From assembly GCA_040904565.1 (NCBI GenBank), contig JBBDTI010000082.1, positions 1 through 17,027 of the forward strand: 17,027 nt of DNA. The letters run 5' to 3'. Under the pieces are notes generated by a model that did not search any database, was not told the origin of the DNA, and saw only the letters and a list, made by a program, of their open reading frames with translations. Numbering within the stretch: the first letter of the stretch is position 1; every line of letters starts with the position of its first letter. The translations under genes and the position numbers were made by a program. This DNA comes from Rhodothermales bacterium. GTDB lineage: Bacteria > Bacteroidota > Rhodothermia > Rhodothermales > VXPQ01. Positions 1-8,662 of the stretch are shown here, one piece after another.

Positions 1-30
1 GCCGAGACGATTGATTCTAAAGGAGTTCGA

Positions 31-3000
31 TTAACGAATAATTGCCAGTTTCTCAATGCGTTCGGAGACGTATCGCTCGCCGTCGAGCCCTTCCGTCGCC
101 ACGCGTACCTTGTAGAGATAGACGCCTGATGCAAGGGGGTTGAGGTCTTCGTCGCGGCCGTCCCACGGTACCTGAACGGGCCCGCCGGTTAGCACACCCG
201 ACGGCAGCGCCTCGTCCGGGTCGATGGTTCGAATCGGCCGGCCCGAGAGCGTATAGACGCGAATCTGAACGTCCGCCGGCGTACCGGTAGGCTGATTGTG
301 TTCGAAGATGAAACGGGTCTGCCCACGAGTCGGGTTCGGATAGTTGTAGACGTTCTGAAGGACGACATCGCGGCTCGACGACACGAAGAAATCCAGCACC
401 TCCGTGCTGGAATTATTCAGAACGTCCCAGGCGCGAACGGAGAGCGTATGCGGCCCGTCTTCAAGTTCGATCGAATACTCTTCAAAGGGATACGTGACGC
501 GGCCGGAACGGTACGAGTTCGGGTCGCTCTGGAATCGCCCACTGATGTCCACGGCGTGCTGCTCCTCCCCATCCACGACGAGCAGCATCTCGTGGCCCAC
601 CCCGGCTCCAACCGTATTGATGCCGCTGTCGTCGTGGAGCCGGACGATCAGATTGGGATGCTGCGGCGTGAGTCCGCCCGACACGAAGGTCGTATCGTTC
701 AGGAACAGGTCGATCTCCGGACCCTTCGCATCGTCGGGTGGATTCGCGGCCGTCCCGCCCACGATAAAGCTTTCCGTGTAACCTGAGGCGTGCGTTTTCG
801 GATTGCGCGCGTAGGCGCTTATCCGTCCCGCCTCATTGCTGTAAGAAATGTCTTTCGGAACGACGAAGGTCGCCTCAAACCGTCCGCCCGAGACGGGAAC
901 GACGCCGCGCCAGATCAGATCTTCGCGTACGGTATAATAATCGCGCGGCATGGCCACGCGATTGGAAATTTCTACCCGCCGCTCTGCATCGAAAATCGTC
1001 AGATCCGCCTGGCCGTCGAATGCGACGTCCGTTTCGCCTGACCGCGTACGTACGGTTCCCTCCACGGATACCTCGTCCAACGCCCGGAGGCTGGGCGTCT
1101 CTTCCAGCGGTGTTCCGTTGATCGTTTCGATGACGGTCTTTTGCTCCGGAGTTCCGATGCGCAGCGTGGGATCCCCGAGAAGGTTGAACTTTCGATTGTT
1201 GCCCTGCAGTCCCGCAAACGTATTCTTGGTGCTCAAGAGAATATCTCCGAGCCGCCGTGGCCCGCCGTCCTCATCTTGCTGAAACATTTCGGCGGTGAGC
1301 GCCCGGTTCAGACCTACATTAAGGGTGTTGATCCCTGAGGACGTGTATACGAGCCGAACGGTCGTCAGGAGAGCAATCGAACCACCGGCCTCGTTGAGCA
1401 ACAGGGCTTCAGCGGCACTCTGCTCGCTCGCCAGATCCCACCAGCCGAACGAACAGGTAGCCGTGATAAAGATCGGCATGCGATCGTAATTACGCATTGC
1501 CAGCGCATCTTCTCTGGTGAACAGCTCTTCTTGCGCCAGGCTGTATTCCCCCCCGTGCCCGCTGTAGTTCATCACCAGCACGCCGTCGGAGAGCGTCGAG
1601 AGCAGGTCCCGCTTGGCACCCGGCAGGCGCCATCCGTTCAAAAACTCCCTGGTGTAGGAAATGCCGTAGATTTTCTTCACGTCGATCCAGGGAAAATCCT
1701 CATCCATGACGGAAGCCACGACGTCGGCATTCTGCGTGTGGAGGTCGGGCTGCGGCTCCTGCTGGGGCCGAATTCCGTTGTAGCCGTCGTCAGCGAGGAA
1801 CAGGTAGCGCGTCCGCCACGACCCGTACGACGACGGATTCTCGTAATGCTTGATCTTCTCGACCATCGCCGCGGCCTCCTCGGACGTCTGCACGGGCAAT
1901 CGGCCAATGCCGATATCCATCCGCTCGCTGCCCACGGCGTCGTAGCGTCCGGGCCACTCCCAGATACCTTCATCCGCATCGAGCAGGGCGAAGTAATCGT
2001 CGCTCGTGTAGGATTCGTTCGGATCGAACGATTCCTCCGTCTCGTACGGCGGTATCCAGTTCGTAAGCTCGGCCTGCTGCGTTTCACTTCCCAGGTTTCG
2101 GTAATTGAAATGGCCGTCACCAAACAGGAGCGCATAGCGGAGCGGCAGCCCCACGTCGGCACCCCGATCGTAGTGGAAGCGCAGAAAATCCCGCACCCCT
2201 CGCACGTCCATCAGTCCGCCCGAGAACTCATTATAGATCTCGTCGATTTCCGCCACGAGCACGTCGAGGCCGTCGTCCCTGCGGTATCGCGCCAGTTCGT
2301 CAGCTGCCGCTCGAAAGGCTTCGGGAACGACGATGATGAATTCGGGAAAGGCTCCCGGAGCGTGCAGGTTCTGATTGGCCACGGCCTGAGCCCGCGACGC
2401 CTGAAGGGTTCGTGCGTTCGTCGGAAGAAACGCTACGAGTTCCCGGGGCCGGGCCGCATCCGTGACCTCCAGCCGGACCCGATACGTCGCCCCGTCGGCG
2501 CGCACGCCCAGCCGGCGAATGGACGCATGATCGGTCACGTCCCAAACCTGAGGCTGCGCGGAGAAGCCCCGGAGTACGAACTCGAATCGGCCCGTTCGGC
2601 CGGCCGGAGACGCGAAGTGGAGGGAATCACCCGCTGCGACAAGCCGGCGCGGATAGAACAGGCGTATCCAGTCCACCGCGGCTTCCGGAGCGTTGAGCGC
2701 TCCTTCATCCAGCCGCATCGAAACGTTCATCGGCTGGGCCGGCGCAGAGGCCGTAAACGTCGCCGTATCGGGTGAAGCGATCGGCGACGTCTCAGAGGAC
2801 GTTACGCTGCGCGGCGCCCGCAGGGATCCCAGAGATTGTCCACCCGCCTCGAAAAAGAGCTCCGCCACTGGATTGGAGCGTATAGCCGCGCGCACGACAA
2901 GCCGAATCGGTCCGCCAGTGAGCCCGGGGAGCGTTAGATCGTCGAGTAGCTGCCGGGACTCACCGGCTCGGATCGTATTCGAGACCCAGGTATGACCCGT

Positions 3001-4077
3001 GCCGTTTTCCTTGCTCCACATGAATTCGTCGAATTCCGCAACGTACCTGCCGTCCACCTCCTCTATCACTTCGGGAGCGGCATAGTCCGGAACCGATGGC
3101 GAGCCGACGGACGCCCCCCCTTCCCCATCGGCAATCTTGACGAAATAGTAGTTCTCGTTCGAATACGGATGGACGTAATGATTCCAGTCGTCTTCGAAGG
3201 CCCATCCCCTGGGACCGGCGCCATAGAAGATGACGGCATCACCGACGTCGAAGGCGCCGTCCCCACCGCCGATCCGATAGGCAGGGTTTTCTACCAGATC
3301 GGCTTTTCTCGGCGCCGCGTTGGCCGCCGGCACAGGCGCGCCGCCGTTCCCGTAGATGCGGACGTGGTCCGGATCGATGGATTCCGGCGCCATACCCAGA
3401 CCGGGCAACGCCGCCAGAAAAGCGCGGTCGATCCGATATATGCCCGTCGCCGACACGGGAATCTTGTAGATCGTGCCGTCAGAAAGCACGCTCTCCCCCA
3501 CGTCGAGATGCGGGTTGTCCGCCGCGTCCGCATCGAACGATCCGCCGATCCGCCTCGATAGAGAAAGCGCTCCGGCGGTCGACGATGACCCATACGAGAG
3601 ACGCACGGTGAGGCGCCGAACGCGCCTAACCGAGCCGTCCTCGTATGCCAGCAGCCGCGCTACGAGGTTGACGACCGGACGGTTGCGGCTCGTGCCGAGC
3701 CCGTCGACCCACACCATCCGCCCCGCCACGGCGTTTGCGGCGAGCGTGTCGCCCTCCGGCAGGTCGATCTCTTCATAGTCGCTCGTCAGCACCGTGAGCC
3801 GGGGCAGGTGGCGCGAGGGCAGCTCGAGAGTCTCCGATATAACCGGCAAACCGAAGCTCAGGGCGCGGGCCGACTCGATCGTAAAGCTGCTCAACGACGC
3901 CGAATCCGCCACCGCGCGCAGGGACGCGGGCCAGTCCACCGTCACGTCCAGCACGATGCCATCGCTCGTGGCATCGGCGGTGCGTACGTCAACGTCCTGC
4001 GACCACGCCGGACGAATACAGCTCGCCCCCGCAATCACTATCAGAATAATCCAGATGTGAGCGAATCGTACGCTCAT
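31..4077 (-). CDS. porU: Type IX secretion system sortase PorU (peptidase C25 / gingipain family)
   Basis: 1348 aa with an N-terminal signal peptide. C25 motifs IYNEFSGG, LLFGDG, SDDYF, IGRLPV, and catalytic His (NYSGHGG) and Cys (FITATC), plus LLGDP. PorU-typical C-terminal part (F.VPKDISY, D.SGINT.G.GVGH). Ends in a T9SS-type CTD (YNYPNP...VYTLSGR...WDGRD...SGVYLYKV...KLAIIR). Confidence 0.9.
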   Translation of the reverse strand: MSVRFAHIWIILIVIAGASCIRPAWSQDVDVRTADATSDGIVLDVTVDWPASLRAVADSASLSSFTIESARALSFGLPVISETLELPSRHLPRLTVLTSDYEEIDLPEGDTLAANAVAGRMVWVDGLGTSRNRPVVNLVARLLAYEDGSVRRVRRLTVRLSYGSSSTAGALSLSRRIGGSFDADAADNPHLDVGESVLSDGTIYKIPVSATGIYRIDRAFLAALPGLGMAPESIDPDHVRIYGNGGAPVPAANAAPRKADLVENPAYRIGGGDGAFDVGDAVIFYGAGPRGWAFEDDWNHYVHPYSNENYYFVKIADGEGGASVGSPSVPDYAAPEVIEEVDGRYVAEFDEFMWSKENGTGHTWVSNTIRAGESRQLLDDLTLPGLTGGPIRLVVRAAIRSNPVAELFFEAGGQSLGSLRAPRSVTSSETSPIASPDTATFTASAPAQPMNVSMRLDEGALNAPEAAVDWIRLFYPRRLVAAGDSLHFASPAGRTGRFEFVLRGFSAQPQVWDVTDHASIRRLGVRADGATYRVRLEVTDAARPRELVAFLPTNARTLQASRAQAVANQNLHAPGAFPEFIIVVPEAFRAAADELARYRRDDGLDVLVAEIDEIYNEFSGGLMDVRGVRDFLRFHYDRGADVGLPLRYALLFGDGHFNYRNLGSETQQAELTNWIPPYETEESFDPNESYTSDDYFALLDADEGIWEWPGRYDAVGSERMDIGIGRLPVQTSEEAAAMVEKIKHYENPSSYGSWRTRYLFLADDGYNGIRPQQEPQPDLHTQNADVVASVMDEDFPWIDVKKIYGISYTREFLNGWRLPGAKRDLLSTLSDGVLVMNYSGHGGEYSLAQEELFTREDALAMRNYDRMPIFITATCSFGWWDLASEQSAAEALLLNEAGGSIALLTTVRLVYTSSGINTLNVGLNRALTAEMFQQDEDGGPRRLGDILLSTKNTFAGLQGNNRKFNLLGDPTLRIGTPEQKTVIETINGTPLEETPSLRALDEVSVEGTVRTRSGETDVAFDGQADLTIFDAERRVEISNRVAMPRDYYTVREDLIWRGVVPVSGGRFEATFVVPKDISYSNEAGRISAYARNPKTHASGYTESFIVGGTAANPPDDAKGPEIDLFLNDTTFVSGGLTPQHPNLIVRLHDDSGINTVGAGVGHEMLLVVDGEEQHAVDISGRFQSDPNSYRSGRVTYPFEEYSIELEDGPHTLSVRAWDVLNNSSTEVLDFFVSSSRDVVLQNVYNYPNPTRGQTRFIFEHNQPTGTPADVQIRVYTLSGRPIRTIDPDEALPSGVLTGGPVQVPWDGRDEDLNPLASGVYLYKVRVATEGLDGERYVSERIEKLAIIR

Positions 4078-4394
4078 GCGCTTGTTGCGGCCCTGTACGA
4101 CGGTGTGACCGCCGGTTGGGCATCTACTGTTACGAACAAAGACGTGTGGAATTACACCGTACGTTGAACGGCGACTGAATTTCGTAACAGGTGCTATCTA
4201 TAGGCGCTGGCGATGTGAGAGGAGTTTCAAACGGTTGCAAAAGTTGTCATCCGTCGAAACGACGGACAGGCCCCGATACCAAATGGTGAGTCCGGGCGCT
4301 ATATGTGCGGTATATGTAACGTGCGGGTTCGGTATCGGGTTCGATGACCGGTCACTACTCCCGTAGCAACGCGTCTTTAAAGGAAACCCTTTCG

Positions 4395-4688
4395 TCAAGT
4401 TCCGTCACCATTTCGAGCGCCGAGATAACTCTCAATCTCGTCCCGAAGTGCCGTTATGCGACGAAGGCCCGTCGCGATACGCTCCCCTGCCTCCTCGATA
4501 TCCTGCACGGGCTGAACGAGTTCGTCGTCCACCTCCATCACCCGGGCAAGCTCCAGGAAATACTGCGCGTTGCCGGAAACGATAGAGAGGGGATTGTTCG
4601 TGTCGTGATAGATGCTCGAGAGCGCATTCCGGAGACGGCGGATCGCTTCCTCCGGTTCGATCGACGGGTCGAGTTTGGTTGTTTCCAT
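4395..4688 (-). CDS. Small HisKA (histidine kinase dimerisation/phosphoacceptor) domain-only protein
   Basis: 97 aa, helical character, H-box YHDTNNPLSIVSGNAQ (His28) followed by a second amphipathic helix (IEEAGERIATGLRRI). AGGA lies 8 nt upstream of the ATG. No ATP-binding domain. Confidence 0.8.
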   Translation of the reverse strand: METTKLDPSIEPEEAIRRLRNALSSIYHDTNNPLSIVSGNAQYFLELARVMEVDDELVQPVQDIEEAGERIATGLRRITALRDEIESYLGARNGDGT

Positions 4689-4742
4689 CGCTGCGTCCTA
4701 TACACGAGTAGTTCGGAAAGTGACCAATTGGAGAGATCAAGC

Positions 4743-5597
4743 TCAGAGGGCGTCGAGCCCACGCGCGTCTTCGATGACGAATCCTCTCTCACCAGACGAC
4801 GGCGTCCCGACGGCCGTTTCCGGGTCGTGTTCGAAGAACAGATGCCAGCCCTCTTCGACAGCCCGTTCTAGAAAAGCCCGTTTCTCACGGATCGTAACGA
4901 GAGGCCGTACGTCGTAGGCCATCACCCAGGCGTCGCGCAGATGCGCGGTAGTCGGCAGCAGGTCGGCCACGAAGACGAGCGTCCGGTCGGCATCCGACAC
5001 CTTGACCAGCTGCTGCGCTTCCGTGTGCCCGTCTACGGTGAGCAGCTCGATTCCGGGGAAGAGCGTGCCCGGACCATCGACCAGATTGAGCCGGTCGGAC
5101 GCCGCCAGGGGATCCAGGTTTTCGTCCAGGAAGGAGGCCGCCTCGCGTACGTTCGGATCGCGCGCCCACTTCCAGTGAGCCCGCTGTACGTAAAACTGGG
5201 CGTTAGGAAAGACCGGCTCAAGCCCGTCGTCGGTCCTCCTCGTACTACCGCCGCAGTGGTCGAAATGAAGGTGCGTAAGGATAACATCCGTCACGTCATC
5301 CGTCGAAAACCCCGCCTGCCGGAGCGACCGGGTGAGATTGTGCTCCTCGTCGTCCACGGCATAGATCTCCCGGAACTTGTCGTCGACCTTGTCGCCGAGC
5401 CCGTTGTCGACGAGAATCACGCGCCCCTTCCCTTCCAGCAGAAGGCAGCGCATGTGCAGCGGAATGCGATTCCTGGCATCCGCCTGGATTCGCCGCTCCC
5501 AGAGGGGCTTAGGAACGATGCCGAACATGGCACCGCCATCCAGCCCGAAACGACCCGTCTCGATGGCATATAGCTCGTATGGCCCGATCTTCGGCAT
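4743..5597 (-). CDS. Metallo-beta-lactamase fold hydrolase, YtnP/lactonase-like
   Basis: 284 aa with HxHxDH motif (THLHFDHCGG), N-terminal LDGGAMFG..PKPLW signature, and GHT, ADL and FEHD metal-ligand segments. Confidence 0.88.
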   Translation of the reverse strand: MPKIGPYELYAIETGRFGLDGGAMFGIVPKPLWERRIQADARNRIPLHMRCLLLEGKGRVILVDNGLGDKVDDKFREIYAVDDEEHNLTRSLRQAGFSTDDVTDVILTHLHFDHCGGSTRRTDDGLEPVFPNAQFYVQRAHWKWARDPNVREAASFLDENLDPLAASDRLNLVDGPGTLFPGIELLTVDGHTEAQQLVKVSDADRTLVFVADLLPTTAHLRDAWVMAYDVRPLVTIREKRAFLERAVEEGWHLFFEHDPETAVGTPSSGERGFVIEDARGLDAL

Positions 5598-6266
5598 CTA
5601 TTCGTCCCCGTTCGTCATCGTGTCGGTATCCGTTGCCTCCGGCGGAAAGTCTCGAAAATGTCCGTTAGACTGAATCTTACGCCGGACGTCCTCGATCTGC
5701 TCGACGCGCGGGATGAGATGTTCGAAGTGTTCGACGAGGAATGCGATGCGCTCGCTCTCGTCCGCCAGCTCCAGCACCTTCTGCTTCTGCCGCAGGGTCA
5801 GTCCGGCATTGTGCGCCATCACGTACGAAACGTCCTCGACGCCCTGGTATAAACTCGGCCGGACCGTGCGGCCGGCCAGCTCGAGCAGCTTCATATGCTG
5901 CGTGATGGCCCGCTCCTTCAGATCGCTCTCCAGCGTGCCTTTCCGATCGTCCATCCGTTCGACCGATGCGGTAAGGTACGTGCGCTCCTGCTTTACCTCT
6001 TTGATCAAAAAACGACGCTCACCCCGCACCATGATGTCCATTTTGCCCTCTTCATAGCGTGCCGTTACCTCCTCGATGCGCGCCGTACATCCAACATCGG
6101 CCATGTCCCCCTCGTCGAACATTACAACCCCGAATGGCTGGTCGTACTCGAGGCAGAAGGCAACGAGGTCCTGGTATCGGGGCTCGAAGATATGTAGAGG
6201 CATCTGCTCGTTCGGGTACAGCACGACCCCGAGCGGAAACAACGGCAAGGACTCCATAAGAGGCAT
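5598..6266 (-). CDS. Lon peptidase N-terminal substrate-binding domain protein (no AAA+ or protease domain)
   Basis: 222 aa; LPLFPLGVVLYPNEQMPLHIFEPRY, FGVV, VGCTARI and RGERRF are typical of LON_substr_bdg. Its stop abuts the next ATG (TAG-ATG). Alternative start at 6257. Confidence 0.88.
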   Translation of the reverse strand: MPLMESLPLFPLGVVLYPNEQMPLHIFEPRYQDLVAFCLEYDQPFGVVMFDEGDMADVGCTARIEEVTARYEEGKMDIMVRGERRFLIKEVKQERTYLTASVERMDDRKGTLESDLKERAITQHMKLLELAGRTVRPSLYQGVEDVSYVMAHNAGLTLRQKQKVLELADESERIAFLVEHFEHLIPRVEQIEDVRRKIQSNGHFRDFPPEATDTDTMTNGDE

Positions 6267-6629
6267 AGCTTCCGGCTGACCCAGGGATTGCGTTCGAGAA
6301 ACGACTCACCTTCGTAATGACGTCGGACGATTTCTGTTTCACGTCGGTGACCGTATCCGCGGCCGGCTGTCCGACCCTCGGCAACCAGTCCTGAACTACC
6401 GCTTATACTGCATTGCATCGAACCGAATCGTACGGTAATCTACGAGCGCGCACGAATCCGTCGCGAAAAGACGTGCGCGTAGAAGAGATGCAGGCAGACC
6501 GATCGTCACAAACCTCCCCAGATTATCAAAGCGATCTTCGCGACATATCTCAGGGCCTTTGCGCACCGCCGGTTTACCTATCCCCGCACTTCCCCGCACC
6601 GGAAGGGGAAGGCGGGTGGAAGAGTGGCG

Positions 6630-7982
6630 ATGTACCGCCGGCTCACGGTCGCCGCCGTGCTCGCTACCGTTCTGCTCGGCGCGGGTGCCGGCGTCGCTCA
6701 GCCCGTGGACTTCGGATCCGCGGACGACCCCCGGGAGCAACTTCAAACGGTATGGTGGCGCTATCAGAACAGCCTGGACGTCACGAGCGGACTCTCGCTC
6801 ATCTCCGATCACTGGCGGGGAGGTGCCGGAGCCACGATGAACATCGTTACGCCGTCCGTCACCGCACGCCTCGACGGCTCGATTCGAGGAGGCATCTACG
6901 GACGGTATGAACCGGACTTCGACGAGGTCTATGATCTGGTTCGACTCGTCGACTTCGTACGCTATTCCCCATCGCAACCGTCCAACCTGTACGTCAGGGG
7001 CGGCCGTATCGAACGCATGCGCCTGGGTACGGGTCACGTCGTGAATTTTTTCAATTCGAGGGTTGCCTGGGACGAGCGAACCGTCGGTGCGGAGGCAATG
7101 CTCGAAACGCCGATAGCGGACGTCTCCGGGTTCACGGACAACGTCCTGGCAAACGGCGTCGTAGGTGGACGCGTTGCCATCCGTCCACTGACCTGGCGCA
7201 ATGAGCTTCGCGCTCGGTCCTTAACGCTCGGCTTCAATTACGTGACGGATCTCCACACGCGCACCAACGAGTCGGTCGGACTCACAGCGTACAACGTCGA
7301 TCTGCGTTTCAGCGCGTTAGCCTCCGGCGAGATCCGCCTGGCGCCCTTCGCAAGCTATGCCAGGTATCCCGAGTACGGTAGCGGCATCGGCTTTGGCGCG
7401 GATCTCGAAGCGGACAATTTCATCGATCTTGCCCGGTTCCGGTTGCGTATGGGCCTCTACTATAACGGCCGTGAGTTCATTCCCGGCTACGTCGGATCGT
7501 TCTACCAGGTCAGCAATCCGACCGCCCGAATTCTCAATTCGGAAAAATACCTGGTCGGAGAACGGGAAATCGAATACGAAGGCGTCGAGCTTGAGGATGC
7601 CAACGGAGGCAACGACTTCGAGACCGAGCTCCGCATTCTCATTTTCGAGCGATTCGAACTGTGGTACTACTTCCGCCGCCACTACGGCTCCCAGAGTTTG
7701 AGCGAGTACCACCTGCGCCTCTTCTTCCACCAGCCGGATCGCATTCGCGTCAACGTGGGCATGGACCGGGGTGGACTCCTCGGTTTCTTCAGCCTCTTCA
7801 GTGAGCTCGGAGATCAGACGGCGCTGGTATTCGGTACCGACTATCGCCTGGCAGGCCCGTTCTGGGTGTTCGTACACGCCCGCTACACGTTCGAGCATAC
7901 GGGTACCGACGAGGAAGGTCGCGATCAATACCTGGTGCAGCGCCGCTTCGAGCCGTTCACGGGAATTCGATTCAACTTCTAA
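6630..7982 (+). CDS. Hypothetical exported protein, probable outer-membrane beta-barrel
   Basis: Signal peptide MYRRLTVAAVLATVLLGAGAGVA; many alternating hydrophobic/aromatic strands; C-terminal FTGIRFNF resembles a BAM beta-signal. ATG 6630 preferred over GTG 6624 because GGAAGAG (6618-6624) precedes it. Confidence 0.75.
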   Translation: MYRRLTVAAVLATVLLGAGAGVAQPVDFGSADDPREQLQTVWWRYQNSLDVTSGLSLISDHWRGGAGATMNIVTPSVTARLDGSIRGGIYGRYEPDFDEVYDLVRLVDFVRYSPSQPSNLYVRGGRIERMRLGTGHVVNFFNSRVAWDERTVGAEAMLETPIADVSGFTDNVLANGVVGGRVAIRPLTWRNELRARSLTLGFNYVTDLHTRTNESVGLTAYNVDLRFSALASGEIRLAPFASYARYPEYGSGIGFGADLEADNFIDLARFRLRMGLYYNGREFIPGYVGSFYQVSNPTARILNSEKYLVGEREIEYEGVELEDANGGNDFETELRILIFERFELWYYFRRHYGSQSLSEYHLRLFFHQPDRIRVNVGMDRGGLLGFFSLFSELGDQTALVFGTDYRLAGPFWVFVHARYTFEHTGTDEEGRDQYLVQRRFEPFTGIRFNF

Positions 7983-7991
7983 CCTTGCTTC

Positions 7992-8645
7992 ATGACCGCT
8001 ACAACGAACGCACGAAGTCGCCGGGCAGCGCGTACGATGGAGGTCATGCACGAGCTCTATCCCGGCGCCGACTGCGCGCTCGACTACGCCGGTGCGCACG
8101 AACTGCTCTTCGCCACCATATTGTCCGCGCAGACGACGGACGCCACCGTCAACAAGGTGACGGAAGAGCTCTTCCGCACGTATCGGACGGTCGACGATTT
8201 CGCGAACGCAGATCCGGAAACGTTTCAGGAGATGATCCGCTCGACGGGCTTCTACCGCAACAAGACGAAGCACGTGATAGGTGCCGCTCGCAAGATCGTC
8301 GCAGAGCACGACGGGGAGGTGCCCGATACCATGGAGGAGCTCGTTCAGCTACCGGGCGTCGCCCGCAAAACGGCCAACGTCGTCCTCGGTACGTATTTCA
8401 AGAAGCCATCGGGCTTCGTCGTGGATACGCACGTAAAACGCGTGGCCTATCGTATCGGTCTGACCGATGAGAAAAGGCCGGAGAAGGTCGAAGAGGATCT
8501 GATGGAGGTCTTTCCCCGAGACGAATGGATCTTCCTCGGACATGCCCTCATCCATCACGGCCGGAAGATTTGCGACGCGCGGAATCCGCAATGCGGACGA
8601 TGCCCGCTGTCGGACGCCTGCCTGCAGCGGGGCGTGAAGAAGTAG
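7992..8645 (+). CDS. nth: Endonuclease III (DNA glycosylase/AP lyase)
   Basis: ILSAQTTD, GFYRNK, HhH LPGVARKTANVVL, VDTHVKRV, and [4Fe-4S] motif C-x6-C-x2-C-x5-C (CDARNPQCGRCPLSDAC). Confidence 0.95.
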   Translation: MTATTNARSRRAARTMEVMHELYPGADCALDYAGAHELLFATILSAQTTDATVNKVTEELFRTYRTVDDFANADPETFQEMIRSTGFYRNKTKHVIGAARKIVAEHDGEVPDTMEELVQLPGVARKTANVVLGTYFKKPSGFVVDTHVKRVAYRIGLTDEKRPEKVEEDLMEVFPRDEWIFLGHALIHHGRKICDARNPQCGRCPLSDACLQRGVKK

Positions 8646-8662
8646 CCATCCGGCGTTCGCAC

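Noticed and set aside
1531-2775. 414-aa plus-strand ORF
   Set aside because: Fully antisense to porU, Arg/His/Val-rich with no motifs; a typical shadow ORF in GC-rich coding DNA.
4198-4398. 66-aa minus-strand ORF as a possible frameshifted ATPase domain of the HisKA protein
   Set aside because: No N, G1, F or G2 boxes, and it does not look protein-like.
4344-4871. 175-aa plus-strand ORF overlapping the HisKA gene
   Set aside because: No recognisable motifs. The minus-strand ORF has an H-box, an RBS and co-orientation with its neighbours.
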